This document shows, piece after piece, positions 33,828 to 43,357 of a stretch of 64,000 bases of DNA; the first letter of the stretch is position 1, and each line of letters begins with the position of its first letter. The stretch lies in IMG/VR virus record IMGVR_UViG_3300044821_000131, positions 1 through 64,000 of that record; one strand, written 5' to 3'. A program made the translations under genes and the position numbers. The notes beneath the pieces are model-generated. The model saw only the letters and a list, made by a program, of their open reading frames with translations, was not told the DNA's origin and made no database searches.

Positions 33828-33934
33828 GGAAATAGGCCGCACAGCCTTTGCTCTGAACCGTCTAAAGGAAATTTTGCCGAACAGTTGATTCTACCAACTT
33901 GGTTGGTTTATTTGCCAGCGCAAATTTAAAAAAC

Positions 33935-33964
33935 TTGCACACCACAACTCGATTCTGATATAAA
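33935..33964 (+). promoter_or_regulatory. Sigma70-like promoter, extended -10
   Basis: TTGCAC-N18-TATAAA with TG at -15/-14, after an A-tract. Confidence 0.55.
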
Positions 33965-34110
33965 TGACAGCATAGATGTCATAGCAGATGTCCTAAGTTC
34001 CACGTGGAATTCTCTTGGCTGGTCCAGATTGTGACATAATCTATGACACCTTTAGCGTTAACTGTCTCGAAGTATGACACTGTTTTGATCGAATTTGATG
34101 CCGGTGTCAT
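33964..34110. repeat. Cluster of TGACA/TGTCA motifs and short palindromes
   Basis: ATGACA-N7-TGTCAT (33964-33982), ttccacgtggaa, agattgtgacataatct, tatgacac twice (34042, 34073), gtgtcat (34104). Confidence 0.6.
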
Positions 34111-34142
34111 TTCCTGAATTTCGGTAACTAGTTGTCTATTAA

Positions 34143-34577
34143 ATGTTTCTTATGGAACAATCTAAGGTCTGTACTGAAAATGCTGCTCGAAATGTCATTA
34201 TTTCTTGCAAATGCGGCGCCGAAGCTCGGGTCGGTCAGCGCACGTGCCTAGAGTGTCATGCCCGACAAGAGCGAAACTATAGACGAGATCGACACTTGTC
34301 TTTGGAGATATGGTCCGTGTACCTGCAGAGTACTGCGTTACACGCCGACCCCGATACCCGGCAGCACTTTGAGGACAGGATCGACACACATCTGGTCGAG
34401 GTCTTGACATCTGGTACTGACCCGTCCTACATTGCCCTGCCGGTAGGTTTTCTTCCGGATGACGTCGTGATCGTGGCCGATCAGTCAGGTCATATCAAAC
34501 AGGTAAAACTGGATCAAATTATCAATTATGGTACGAAACGGAGAACTACAAAAAAATTATCACATCCTGACCGCTAA
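34143..34577 (+). CDS. Hypothetical protein with N-terminal Cys cluster
   Basis: CKCG and CLECH motifs. Confidence 0.55.
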   Translation: MFLMEQSKVCTENAARNVIISCKCGAEARVGQRTCLECHARQERNYRRDRHLSLEIWSVYLQSTALHADPDTRQHFEDRIDTHLVEVLTSGTDPSYIALPVGFLPDDVVIVADQSGHIKQVKLDQIINYGTKRRTTKKLSHPDR

Positions 34578-34881
34578 GGAAGCCTGCTCTCTCGACCCGG
34601 CTCGCTACCGGGTGCCACCACCTGATGCACTGCGTATGTTGCGCCCAGGGCACGTCGTCAAGCTGTTGGTCGATACTGCAAACAATAAAGGCGAAGAGGT
34701 GTGGGTGGCTGTCACCTACCGCCGCAACGCCAACTTCATCGGTATGGTCCATGGCGAGTTGGGCCGGACTCAGCATCACGGGCTGTATAAAGGTTGCGCC
34801 GTGAAGTTTCGAGATCGGAACGTTTTGGACGTTCTGTTTCAGTTGCCGAAAGATACCCCTAAGAGTGTGAGGATCATTTGA
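34528..34881 (+). CDS. DUF2314-like small beta protein
   Basis: VKL...EEVWVAV...FIG...G..VKF...VLDV pattern. Confidence 0.45.
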   Translation: MVRNGELQKNYHILTAKEACSLDPARYRVPPPDALRMLRPGHVVKLLVDTANNKGEEVWVAVTYRRNANFIGMVHGELGRTQHHGLYKGCAVKFRDRNVLDVLFQLPKDTPKSVRII

Positions 34882-35435
34882 TGCAATACAAGATCTGGGT
34901 GGATCTGGACGGGGTGCTGGCCAACTGGCACAAGAGCGCCTGCGAGGTCTTTGGGGTGCCATACCCAACCCGCACCGTGCTGTATCGTGACTGGATAGCC
35001 GAAACTACCAAGTTGCCAATAAATAAGCTGCTTGATCAGACGGACGATGTGCCCAGCTTCTGGAAGGATATGGAGCTTCTGCCGGTGGCGCCGCGGCTCA
35101 TATCCTACTTGGATGTCAATTTCCCCGATTGGCATTTTCTTACACATCCGACTTTGAGTTCGGTGTCATGGGGCGGTAAAGCGGCATGGGTCCGTAAGTA
35201 TTTCGGTAATGACGGCATGCGGCGCTTGGTGATGATGGGTGGTAAAAAGTCCCTGTTCGCAGATCGATATTCCGTTCTGATCGATGATACCCGCAAAATC
35301 ATCGACGAGTGGACCGCGGCCGGCGGCTTGGCATTTCATTGGGTTGAGTATACTTCTGATTGGAAAGAGGCGCATGAGACGCAACTGATACGGCTGATTA
35401 CGTATCTGGATTCGTTGAAAGAAAGCACAAAATAG
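34878..35435 (+). CDS. HAD-family 5'(3')-deoxyribonucleotidase-like protein
   Basis: WVDLDGVLANW, WGGKAAWV, KSL, VLIDD. Confidence 0.8.
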   Translation: MMQYKIWVDLDGVLANWHKSACEVFGVPYPTRTVLYRDWIAETTKLPINKLLDQTDDVPSFWKDMELLPVAPRLISYLDVNFPDWHFLTHPTLSSVSWGGKAAWVRKYFGNDGMRRLVMMGGKKSLFADRYSVLIDDTRKIIDEWTAAGGLAFHWVEYTSDWKEAHETQLIRLITYLDSLKESTK

Positions 35436-35457
35436 TATTTGCACCGGTGGTTTTCTT

Positions 35458-35985
35458 GTGCGATTAATAAGAACCAGTAGTCGGATGAACCGACTAGGTA
35501 TTATTATGAACGAACAAGAAAACAATACATCCAGTAACAACCCCAATCCTCAGTGTCTTCCGGCCAAGCCCGACTTCTCCGCGGTTTACATGGAGGCCTT
35601 ACGGACGTTGGAGGCGGTCATAGCAGCGAACCCGGAGACTCTTAGCAAGGATCTGTCTTCGGCATTGGAAGTCGGTAATGCACTGTTTCAACTGTTGGAG
35701 GCGTTGGCCCTGTACGGCCGGGGTCTTCAATGTAACTTGGACTCACTCGTGGCGCATCTGCCGGACACGGCCTTTCCAGAGGCCGCGTCTTTGAAAGCGT
35801 TGGCTATTCAGCTTCACACGGCATTTCACGAGGAGTCTCGATTTTGCGCCAACATGGAACGCATGGTGCGGGCGCGCATTCTGGAGAGCGCCGGCATCGA
35901 CCCGAATGACAATGACGCGGTTGTCAAATTTTTTACGAACGTCGGCCAAGCCGTAATGATGGCACCGGCCAACAAGGACAATTGA
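35458..35985 (+). CDS. Hypothetical protein (start possibly 35506)
   Basis: Helical ORF between the HAD and MazG-like genes. Confidence 0.55.
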   Translation: MRLIRTSSRMNRLGIIMNEQENNTSSNNPNPQCLPAKPDFSAVYMEALRTLEAVIAANPETLSKDLSSALEVGNALFQLLEALALYGRGLQCNLDSLVAHLPDTAFPEAASLKALAIQLHTAFHEESRFCANMERMVRARILESAGIDPNDNDAVVKFFTNVGQAVMMAPANKDN

Positions 35986-35997
35986 TTTATAAACAAT

Positions 35998-36603
35998 ATG
36001 GAACAAATTGAATATGCAGACATGGTGGCCAAGCTCAGAAAGCCTGGTGACGCCATCGTGAAAGAACTGAACGCCGATGACGCCGATCTGTTGCACATGA
36101 CCATCGGGCTAGTGGGCGAGGCTTCCGGTGAATTGCTCAGGACGTTGTACGCATCGGAAACACCAACTCAAGCGGCCCAAGACATGGAAAATATCATGGA
36201 GGAGCTCGGCGACATCGAATTCTATTTGGAAGGTATTCGCCAGTGTCTGGGCTTGGAGCGATCAACCGAGATCGACATATCCCGGATTCTTAATGTCCCG
36301 ACTGGCACTCTTTACTTGGCCATTATTCTGGCGTTCACGTCCGCAGATCAGCTGTTGGATCACGTGAAGAAAAAAGTGATTTATCGCAAACCCTTGGATA
36401 TGCATCAGATTCGCGAGGCGCTCGCTATGATTGAATTCTGTCTGTTTGGCTTACGCAACAACTTAGGACTTGGACGGGACCACATCTTGCAGTTGAACAT
36501 GGACAAGCTGGCTAAACGGTATCCGGGGTATAGTTACTCCAATGCTTCGGCACAAGCCCGGGCGGATAAGCTGACAGCCGAGGCGCCTGCAACAGGAGGC
36601 TGA
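35998..36603 (+). CDS. MazG-like nucleoside triphosphate pyrophosphohydrolase
   Basis: LHMTIGLVGEASGEL, EELGDIEFY, NMDKLAKRYP. Confidence 0.8.
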   Translation: MEQIEYADMVAKLRKPGDAIVKELNADDADLLHMTIGLVGEASGELLRTLYASETPTQAAQDMENIMEELGDIEFYLEGIRQCLGLERSTEIDISRILNVPTGTLYLAIILAFTSADQLLDHVKKKVIYRKPLDMHQIREALAMIEFCLFGLRNNLGLGRDHILQLNMDKLAKRYPGYSYSNASAQARADKLTAEAPATGG

Positions 36604-36654
36604 TTTGGGTTATAAATAGATGAGCAGGTAGTTTCTTTTAAGTGCTCGGACAGT

Positions 36655-37698
36655 GTGACGACCGGCCGAAGTTTATGGCCGGTCGTTTTCGTTTATATCA
36701 ACAAACCTCGGTTAACTAAAAATCACATGAATAATTCGAAACAAGATGGTTTGGACATTAGCGTAGTCAGTGAAGCGGCGGCTAGTCGTTATGGTGATTA
36801 CCGTTCACGCATGGACAGTTCGAGAATCACCTTCTCCAAGTCGAGCAAGGAGTTGGCAGCCGAACGCTTGGCCTACTTGGGTCAGCTCGAAGTTCCACCC
36901 AGTTCCGTGCCCATGTTTGACTTGGAGCGCACCAGTAACGAAGTGTTGCATCATCTGACGGAACACAACGTCAAGCAATTGCTCATTTCGAGCATGGCCG
37001 TTCTCGGTGTTCTCCGCGGTAATGACCCGCGTACGGTGTTTCGCCTTACCAAGGATATTCGTGTGCCCGATGAGGTCACCCGGCTCCGCAAGGAGAACGA
37101 ACGTCTGTCTGGCGATATCGTCATTGCTCAAGCGACGGCGGTCAACGCCAAGCGGTATTCCGACAAGCTGGAGGCCAAGATCGAGGAACTGGAAGAACAG
37201 CTGGTGGCCAAGCCCGAGGACACGGCAGCCTTCGAGCAGGCACTACAGACCAACATCGAAGCGTCCGACGCTTTCGGCGTGTATGGTGAACCGCTGCTTG
37301 CGCTGTTCGATCAGGTGATCGAGGCTTTGGAATTGAACAAGGAAAATCCGGACTCGGATTTTATTGTCGGTACGCTTCAGCACGTCATGGACGCCATGAG
37401 CAACGTTATTCTGCCTTGGAAGGAACTTGCACGTCCGCTGACAATCCCGGCCGCGGAAGAAGTCCCGCCGGATCTCGCGGAACGTATCGCGTCGGCGGCG
37501 CCCGAAGCCTTGGAAGTGCCGATCGCACCGGCTCCGCCTGTGGCAACCGAAACTCCTGAAGTGTCAGCGCCGGTCGCGGCACCCGAAAATACTACGATGC
37601 CGGAGGCGACGGAAGTTGCCGCGGTATCCGAGCCTCCGGTGGCTGAAACTTCGACCGAAGTGTCGGTTGTGGAGACGCCCTCGGCGGATACGGTTTAA
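36655..37698 (+). CDS. Coiled-coil protein with acidic Pro/Ala/Glu tail (likely start 36727)
   Basis: Heptad-like RLRKENERLSG...KLEAKIEELEEQL; low-complexity C-terminus. Confidence 0.6.
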   Translation: MTTGRSLWPVVFVYINKPRLTKNHMNNSKQDGLDISVVSEAAASRYGDYRSRMDSSRITFSKSSKELAAERLAYLGQLEVPPSSVPMFDLERTSNEVLHHLTEHNVKQLLISSMAVLGVLRGNDPRTVFRLTKDIRVPDEVTRLRKENERLSGDIVIAQATAVNAKRYSDKLEAKIEELEEQLVAKPEDTAAFEQALQTNIEASDAFGVYGEPLLALFDQVIEALELNKENPDSDFIVGTLQHVMDAMSNVILPWKELARPLTIPAAEEVPPDLAERIASAAPEALEVPIAPAPPVATETPEVSAPVAAPENTTMPEATEVAAVSEPPVAETSTEVSVVETPSADTV

Positions 37699-37709
37699 TT
37701 ACTCATCTC

Positions 37710-37752
37710 GACGGGTGGGAACAAGCAATTGTTCTCACCCGTCTTTTCTTTC
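37710..37752 (+). terminator. Intrinsic terminator
   Basis: gacgggtgggaacaa-gcaa-ttgttctcacccgtc followed by ttttctttc. Confidence 0.8.
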
Positions 37753-37781
37753 TTCTTTATTTATCTGAATCATTTCGTACG

Positions 37782-39187
37782 ATGGCAAAACATGACTCAC
37801 ACATTCCGACAATCGCCCTTACCGCTGGATTTCTGGCGGCTCCCGTCGCTGTACCAGTGGCACTGGTAATCTTTGGCGGCTATCTCATTTACTCGATTTT
37901 ACATTGCGGCAAATCAACACATGAAAACGACACTAACTCGGAACGACCTGGTTCTGATACTCCTTAACTCATATCCCCATCACGACTTTGATATTCCATG
38001 GAATTTCGAAAATTCCAAAACTATTACCGTCCCGGTTGGGGATCCGTTGATAACGGCATTGTTGGAATCATTTGCGGGAGTTGCTGGATCAGCTGACTCC
38101 GTCGAAGATATTTTGGGTTCGCTTTATAATGGGTTGAAATCTTGGCAGACAGACTTGAACGACACTTTGAATAATCTGCAGCGCCACGTGATGAATGTTT
38201 GCACGGCGCAGTACGCGGAATTCTTGGTCGAAAACTCGGCCGTTCACACCGAGAATATTTTTCTTTATTGGCATTCTTTTGCGCACAAGGGTTCGGTTTT
38301 TACCAATTTGACGCGGCTGCTGGTGCGTGATAGATATGAGACAGAATACCGGAAGGCTAGTGCGGAGTTATCGCCGACCCAGCATGGAGAGATGGAGCGA
38401 AACAAAAAAGTCTTGGCAAGCCTTCGACAGCAGCTTATGATCAATTTATCTGGTATTCCCGACGGCATCAGTAAAGAGCCTTTGTGGAAGACCGATAAAA
38501 AAGATGCCACCGATCCAGCAACTCCTGTTGACGAAACTAAGCGCCCGGTCGCCTAAGCAACGAGGGTTCTACGCCATGGTGAGGTCCGTTCAAAATGGCG
38601 AGCGCCCACTTCATAGCGTCACAAAATCTGTATCCGATGCGGCGCAGAAGCTGTTGCCGAAAGATGCTTCGCAGGAATCAAATGTTACCTACACCTCGGA
38701 ACCTCAATCGGTGAGTCCACCTGAAGCGTCTCGTAAGATGTCTTGCGCCCAGCGTTTCTTCGTCGCCGATTTTATCCCGAAGTTGGCCAACATCAGCAGC
38801 ATGATTCTTCGATCACACAAGGCTATCCATCAAGCTGGGGCTGCCCGACGTCAAGTGCTGGCCAAGGAGATCGACAAACTCCGTAAGCACAATGAGAAGC
38901 TGCAAACGCAGGCTCAGAAAGCTGAGGAAAAGGCTGTACAGTCTGAGCAGAAGGTTCGAGAGGCTGAGATGCAAGTAGCACAGGCCGGTAAGACGGTCGA
39001 ACAGATTCAGGCCATGCAAATGGCACAAAGAACTCCTCCTCCACCCGAACAGCCGCCGTATGGTAATATGTTGCTTGGTGGTGCGCCTGGTGGCGCTACT
39101 CCTGGCGCTACTCCTGTGCCGCAAGCTACTCCTGCGCCTCCGGCTAATCCCTCCATTCCCGGTATGACGATGGCGCCTGCGGTATAA
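37782..39187 (+). CDS. Hypothetical ORFs (37782-37967, 37921-38556, about 38576-39187)
   Basis: Co-oriented; the last has a coiled coil and Pro/Gly-rich tail. Confidence 0.55.
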
Positions 39188-39230
39188 TCGTCTTTCCTTC
39201 GGTTTTCAAGGTCGTGAACTTTCGTGTCCG

Positions 39231-39259
39231 TTGACTTAATACATATTTTGATTTAAAAA
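39231..39259 (+). promoter_or_regulatory. Sigma70-like promoter upstream of the region leading into attC array 2
   Basis: TTGACT-N17-TAAAAA just before ATG 39263. Confidence 0.55.
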
Positions 39260-39262
39260 TTC

Positions 39263-39787
39263 ATGAAGATACATCTTTTGGTTGGCCAGCGAAAAGAGAG
39301 CTATGCTGGCGAGTTTGCTCCTGAAGTTTTGGAAGCCATAGACGAATTCGGTAATTGCGAAAATGCCGGCGAATGGCTGCAGGGTAAGATGAAGGAGTAC
39401 CGCGTTGACGCTTCTTTTGAAGCACTAGTCATAGTTACATTGGAAGTTCCTACACTTAAAATTTTGGAACGTTTACGTCCGAATAATGAACCTATTGTCG
39501 CCGAGGTGGTAGACACAGATTTATTGACCCTATATCTAAAAGATTCAGACGGTATTTGGAAATCACACAGCTACGAAACGTTATCCGATTTGGCCGGGGA
39601 GTTTGCCAAACGTAACATAAAAATCGGCAATGACGTGAAGATCGGCAATTTCGTGAAGATCGGCAATGACGTGACGATCGGCAATCGCGTGGCGATTGGC
39701 AATGACGTGATGATCGGCAATCGCGTGACGATCATTGATAACACATGTATACCTCCGGAGCTTATCATTCAAAAAAGACTAAGCTGA
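39263..39787 (+). CDS. Chimeric gene: unrelated N-terminus plus hexapeptide module (paralog 3, 6 repeats, no C-terminal domain)
   Basis: LYLKDSDGIWKSHSYETLSDLA block begins mid-gene; 18-bp units at 39620-39727; ends at a broken attC. Confidence 0.75.
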   Translation: MKIHLLVGQRKESYAGEFAPEVLEAIDEFGNCENAGEWLQGKMKEYRVDASFEALVIVTLEVPTLKILERLRPNNEPIVAEVVDTDLLTLYLKDSDGIWKSHSYETLSDLAGEFAKRNIKIGNDVKIGNFVKIGNDVTIGNRVAIGNDVMIGNRVTIIDNTCIPPELIIQKRLS

Positions 39788-39896
39788 GACATCGGCACGG
39801 TCGAGAAATGACGGATACATTTGAAATCGCAACCAAACTAAAATCTATGGCCTATGGAAAGAGTAGTGCCGATTGTTCTCCAACACCGTGTTCGGC
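39781..39896 (-). other. attC site lacking its R' box
   Basis: aagctgagacatcggcac...gtgccgattgttctccaacaccgtGTTCGGC; arms nearly identical to the 42442-42552 site. Confidence 0.75.
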
Positions 39897-40062
39897 GGAG
39901 CCGTCTTGGACGGCCTTCGTCGCGCGAATGAAAAAGGAAGCTCCAACGTTGGTCCCGGATGAAAATGACGACAAGTGGAAAAATTTGCATGCTGTTTATA
40001 TCATGGGCTACGCTGCTTGCCTCGATACCATGAGAGCAGAATTGGACGTACAGATCGACTGA
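39808..40062 (+). CDS. Small ORF starting inside the attC at 39781
   Basis: MTDTFEIATK...DCSPTPCSAEPSW; DCSPTPCS is encoded by the attC arm. Confidence 0.55.
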   Translation: MTDTFEIATKLKSMAYGKSSADCSPTPCSAEPSWTAFVARMKKEAPTLVPDENDDKWKNLHAVYIMGYAACLDTMRAELDVQID

Positions 40063-40064
40063 CT

Positions 40065-40673
40065 ATGACTTTTGCAACCTTTGATACAGCGACCACTGGA
40101 AAGATTAATTGGAAACAGCCGCTGTCTTGGCATGGACAGCCACGTATTGTCTCCACAGGTGCGGTTCTGTTCGACGATGTCGGACGAGAGCTCGCCAGCT
40201 ATTATTCCCTGATCAGACCGGAGGGGTTTCTTATTCCTTCCGATGCCACCAAGGTTCACGGCATCACCACAGAGAAGGCGGAGCAGTATGGAGTCAATTA
40301 CAACATCGCCATGACTTCGGTGATCTCAATGCTCAACTTGGCGGATTATATTCTGATCTTCAATGAAGCGTTCGATCGCAACATGGTTAATATCGAGGCG
40401 TTGATGCGCAGTAATGCGAATGGATACTTGGAGCGTAATCGTTCTCGTATCCGGTGTATGATGCAGGTTATGACCGCGCGTTGTAAGCTAGCTCATCCCT
40501 ACGACACCGGTGACTACAAGGGGCCCAGTTTGGATGAGGCGTGGCAATACACTTTCGGTTTACCACGAGATGTATCTAAAGTGCATAACGCTGGGGTCGA
40601 TGCGCGTGAGACCGGATTGATAGCTTTGGAACTGATACGTAGAAATGACTGGAATATCAACGACGCAACTTAA
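40065..40673 (+). CDS. DEDDh 3'-5' exonuclease-like protein (ExoI Glu replaced by Ala)
   Basis: FDTATTG, FNEAFD, PSLDEA, HNAGVDA. Confidence 0.75.
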   Translation: MTFATFDTATTGKINWKQPLSWHGQPRIVSTGAVLFDDVGRELASYYSLIRPEGFLIPSDATKVHGITTEKAEQYGVNYNIAMTSVISMLNLADYILIFNEAFDRNMVNIEALMRSNANGYLERNRSRIRCMMQVMTARCKLAHPYDTGDYKGPSLDEAWQYTFGLPRDVSKVHNAGVDARETGLIALELIRRNDWNINDAT

Positions 40674-40679
40674 ACACAC

Positions 40680-41162
40680 ATGAAAGAATTACATCCTGAC
40701 GATCCCCGACTTAAGATAAAAATGAATCGATTGGCCAACACCAAGAATCAGCACCAAGGTATACACAAAAAAGTTTTGTGTGTTTGCTCGGCCGGGCTGC
40801 TCCGATCGCCGACACTGGCCTGGGTTTTATCGAATCCTCCATGGAACTGCAACACCCGCGCTTGTGGTGCTGAACCCGAGTACGCATTGATTCCATTAGA
40901 CTTGGCTCTTGTCGAATGGGCTGATGAAATCGTTTGTGCTGAACAGGAGCACGTGGACGCTGCAAAGGCGTTCGTGAAGCATTGCTCGGATGCAGACAAA
41001 CGGATTTTCAATCTGGATCTACCCGATTATCACAGCACGCGCTCTACCAGTCTGGTCCATCTTATTAACGAGCGTTTGGACGCGGTTAAATTTGAAGGTA
41101 CGGTACCGACAGATCTGTCGTCCACTAAGCGTCGGGATTTATCGTCATCGTCAATTGTCTGA
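40680..41162 (+). CDS. Low-molecular-weight protein-tyrosine-phosphatase-like protein
   Basis: N-terminal VLCVCSAGLLRSPT (CX5RS), WADEIVC, LDLPD. Confidence 0.82.
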   Translation: MKELHPDDPRLKIKMNRLANTKNQHQGIHKKVLCVCSAGLLRSPTLAWVLSNPPWNCNTRACGAEPEYALIPLDLALVEWADEIVCAEQEHVDAAKAFVKHCSDADKRIFNLDLPDYHSTRSTSLVHLINERLDAVKFEGTVPTDLSSTKRRDLSSSSIV

Positions 41163-41207
41163 ACTTGGAATGAGGATAATTTTTGGAGCCGACGGCTGCA
41201 ATTCCGT

Positions 41208-43357
41208 ATGAGCAATCCGCGTGATCCCCTTACACCTGAACAAATCAAGCACTGGCGTGACATGCTTGTCGGTATGTTCGGTCCTTGGGCCTTCATAATG
41301 CCAGAGGAGGACATCCAGCGTATGAGGGAGCATTTACAAAGTGATTTGGATTCACATGAAATCAATGACTCAAAAGAATAAACGGAAACGGTTGGTGTGA
41401 CTTGTTATGCCACGAGAACACTCAATGTCGTGCGAATGGCCAGAGGGTTGTAGCTGTGGAGCATCAGCGTGGAATCGATTGGAGCGTGAGCGTGACTGGT
41501 ATCGCTGTCGCGTAAAACTGTTGGAACAGCACAAGTCAATGCTCCGAGAGCCAGAACTAACGCTGGTATGTGATATCATGGCAAACGGCCAACTAATGCC
41601 CGACCCAGACGGGAAACGATATGGGCCTAACGCAGACTTGTCAGGCATATCGATAACAAAACTGACATAAAACATATGACTGAAACTCCACAAACCAAAA
41701 AAACTCTGCTGCCGAAATACGAAGACGGAAGCGGATATAGGATCGAAAGAGAACTGTGTGTCTTCTGCCACAAACCGCTGCTCGACTCATTCCACTTTGC
41801 CAGCGATGACGGTAAGCAACACTGGCACACATACTGCGCAAACAGAAAAGGCGTAACGTCCCGGATGAGCCGCCCGCGATAGGCGACTCACGAACACCAA
41901 AAGATTTATGATCAAAAAGAAAGCGTCAACGCGGGTTGGCTCCATCGGGCGGGTTATGCCTCAGTTGGTGATATGCGACCATCATGGGCATGACTACTGC
42001 GAGGGATGCCAACATAACGAACCCCACAAAGCAAACAGTGAGGACGACGGCGAACTCTGCACATGCGGCGGAGTCTGTGGGGCAAACGGGCCAAACTTCA
42101 ACGTGCGCTGCCTGCGACATAACGCCTCAAGCTGAGGCACGTCGGACTAAAGACTTTATGAAACCTGTGAAACCAAAAATCCGTAGCGATAAAAACAAAC
42201 CGTCCAACCGACGTTGCCTCCGGCGCGGTGTTAGGCGACACGATTGGATAAACGGCCCCGATATGATTCCGAAGCCTGTAAAAAAGGCGATCAAAGAATG
42301 GCGGGCCATCACAAGTCCAATGGAGAAAATCGGATTCATCCTGCACGCTTTCGACCCGACAATACAGTTCCGCTGTCCCGACAGTAACCGAGTGTTTGAT
42401 ATGTCAATAAGTGCCGTCAAACGCATAAATGCCGCCTTGTCGCCTAACGCCTCAAGCTGAGACATCGGCGACCTGCGATGTCCAGCAACCCAAAACCTTA
42501 TGCTCAAAACTGAAAGCGCCAATACCGATTGTTCTCCAGCGCCGGGTTCGGGTGCTGGCTTGGATAACTGAATGGGTCGAAGCAATCTGGAAGGCGTTTC
42601 GACCGCCAAAACGGAAGCGGCTGGAACTGCGGCTCTGCACATGGACTGCCGCAGACAAGCTGATTCGGGAAGGTGGCGGCGCTTGGACGGTAGCCGCCGA
42701 AGATGACCACAACATGGTGCTTGGGTGTGTGTGGTTGGAACGCCTGGAACAATATCCCGACTTCTCGAAGCAGCAGTCGAACGGTGAAGTCAGCGATGGC
42801 GGGACGCTGACTTCCGAATTGAAATCCAAACGCGAACCCGCCATTCGCTGAATTGTTATGGCACTAATACACGAAGAAACTGAACACGAGCTTGGAGCGA
42901 AACTGATGGTATCGGAACGCCAAGAAGGTGAAACCCGCGCCCCGTGGAAAATCATCACGCTCGACGCAGACCGATTCGAGAATCTAACACCAACGGAACT
43001 CCGAAAGCTCGGAAAGTGGCTCATACACCAAGGGAGGCGCATCGGAAGTGAATACAAGTCCAACGGTGCGTTGAAGGCCAAGAGCCATAACGAAAAGCTG
43101 ATCGACAGCGGAAGGAAATTATGAGCTTTAAAAACGGCGGATATAACAACGGGCTTGGTCGGCCAAAGGCGAAGAAGCTGTTCGCTCCGGCGCGTTGTTC
43201 TACGGCGTGGTTGAGCGTGGAATCCCGTTGGCCAGTCAAGGGTGAACTCGAAACCAAAAGATGCCTGACAATCCTAGACGCGGTAATAGAAGGAAAACGC
43301 GCCCTCCAATGTGGGGCGTGGCGCGTAACAATAACTCAGTGCAACGGAGCGCCGTAG
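41208..43357 (+). CDS. Small cassette ORFs (41208-41381, 41407-41670, 41676-41882, 41908-42135, 42158-42460, up to 42429-42851, 42858-43124, 43121-43357)
   Basis: One ORF per inter-attC segment; no function recognised. Confidence 0.6.
41851..41959 (-). other. attC site
   Basis: Plus strand GCGTAAC-gtcccg-gatgagccgcccgcg...cgcggg[t]tggctc[c]atc-gggcgg-GTTATGC. Confidence 0.82.
42117..42236 (-). other. attC site
   Basis: Minus strand GCCTAAC-ACCGC-GCC[G]GAGG-CA[A]CGTCGG...CCGACG-TG-CCTCAGC-TTGAGGC-GTTATGT. Confidence 0.88.
42442..42552 (-). other. attC site
   Basis: Minus strand CCCGAAC-CCGGC-GCT[G]GAGA-ACAATCGG...CCGATG-TCTCAGC-TTGAGGC-GTTAGGC. Confidence 0.85.
42776..42861 (-). other. attC site with a short deletion next to R''
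   Basis: Plus strand GTCGAAC-ggtga-agtcagcgatggcggg...cccgcca[t]tcgctgaatt-GTTATGG. Confidence 0.75.
43085..43203 (-). other. attC site
   Basis: Minus strand GTAGAAC-AACGC-GCC[G]GAGC-GA[A]CAGC...GCTG-TC-GATCAGC-TTTTC-GTTATGG. Confidence 0.82.

Larger units (their letters stand above)
32754..33882 (-). mobile_element. attC array 1 (no integrase seen in window)
   Basis: Full sites 33002-33110 and 33586-33694; half-sites at 32754 and 33876; weaker remnants near 32120-32225, 32412 and 33270. Confidence 0.75.
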
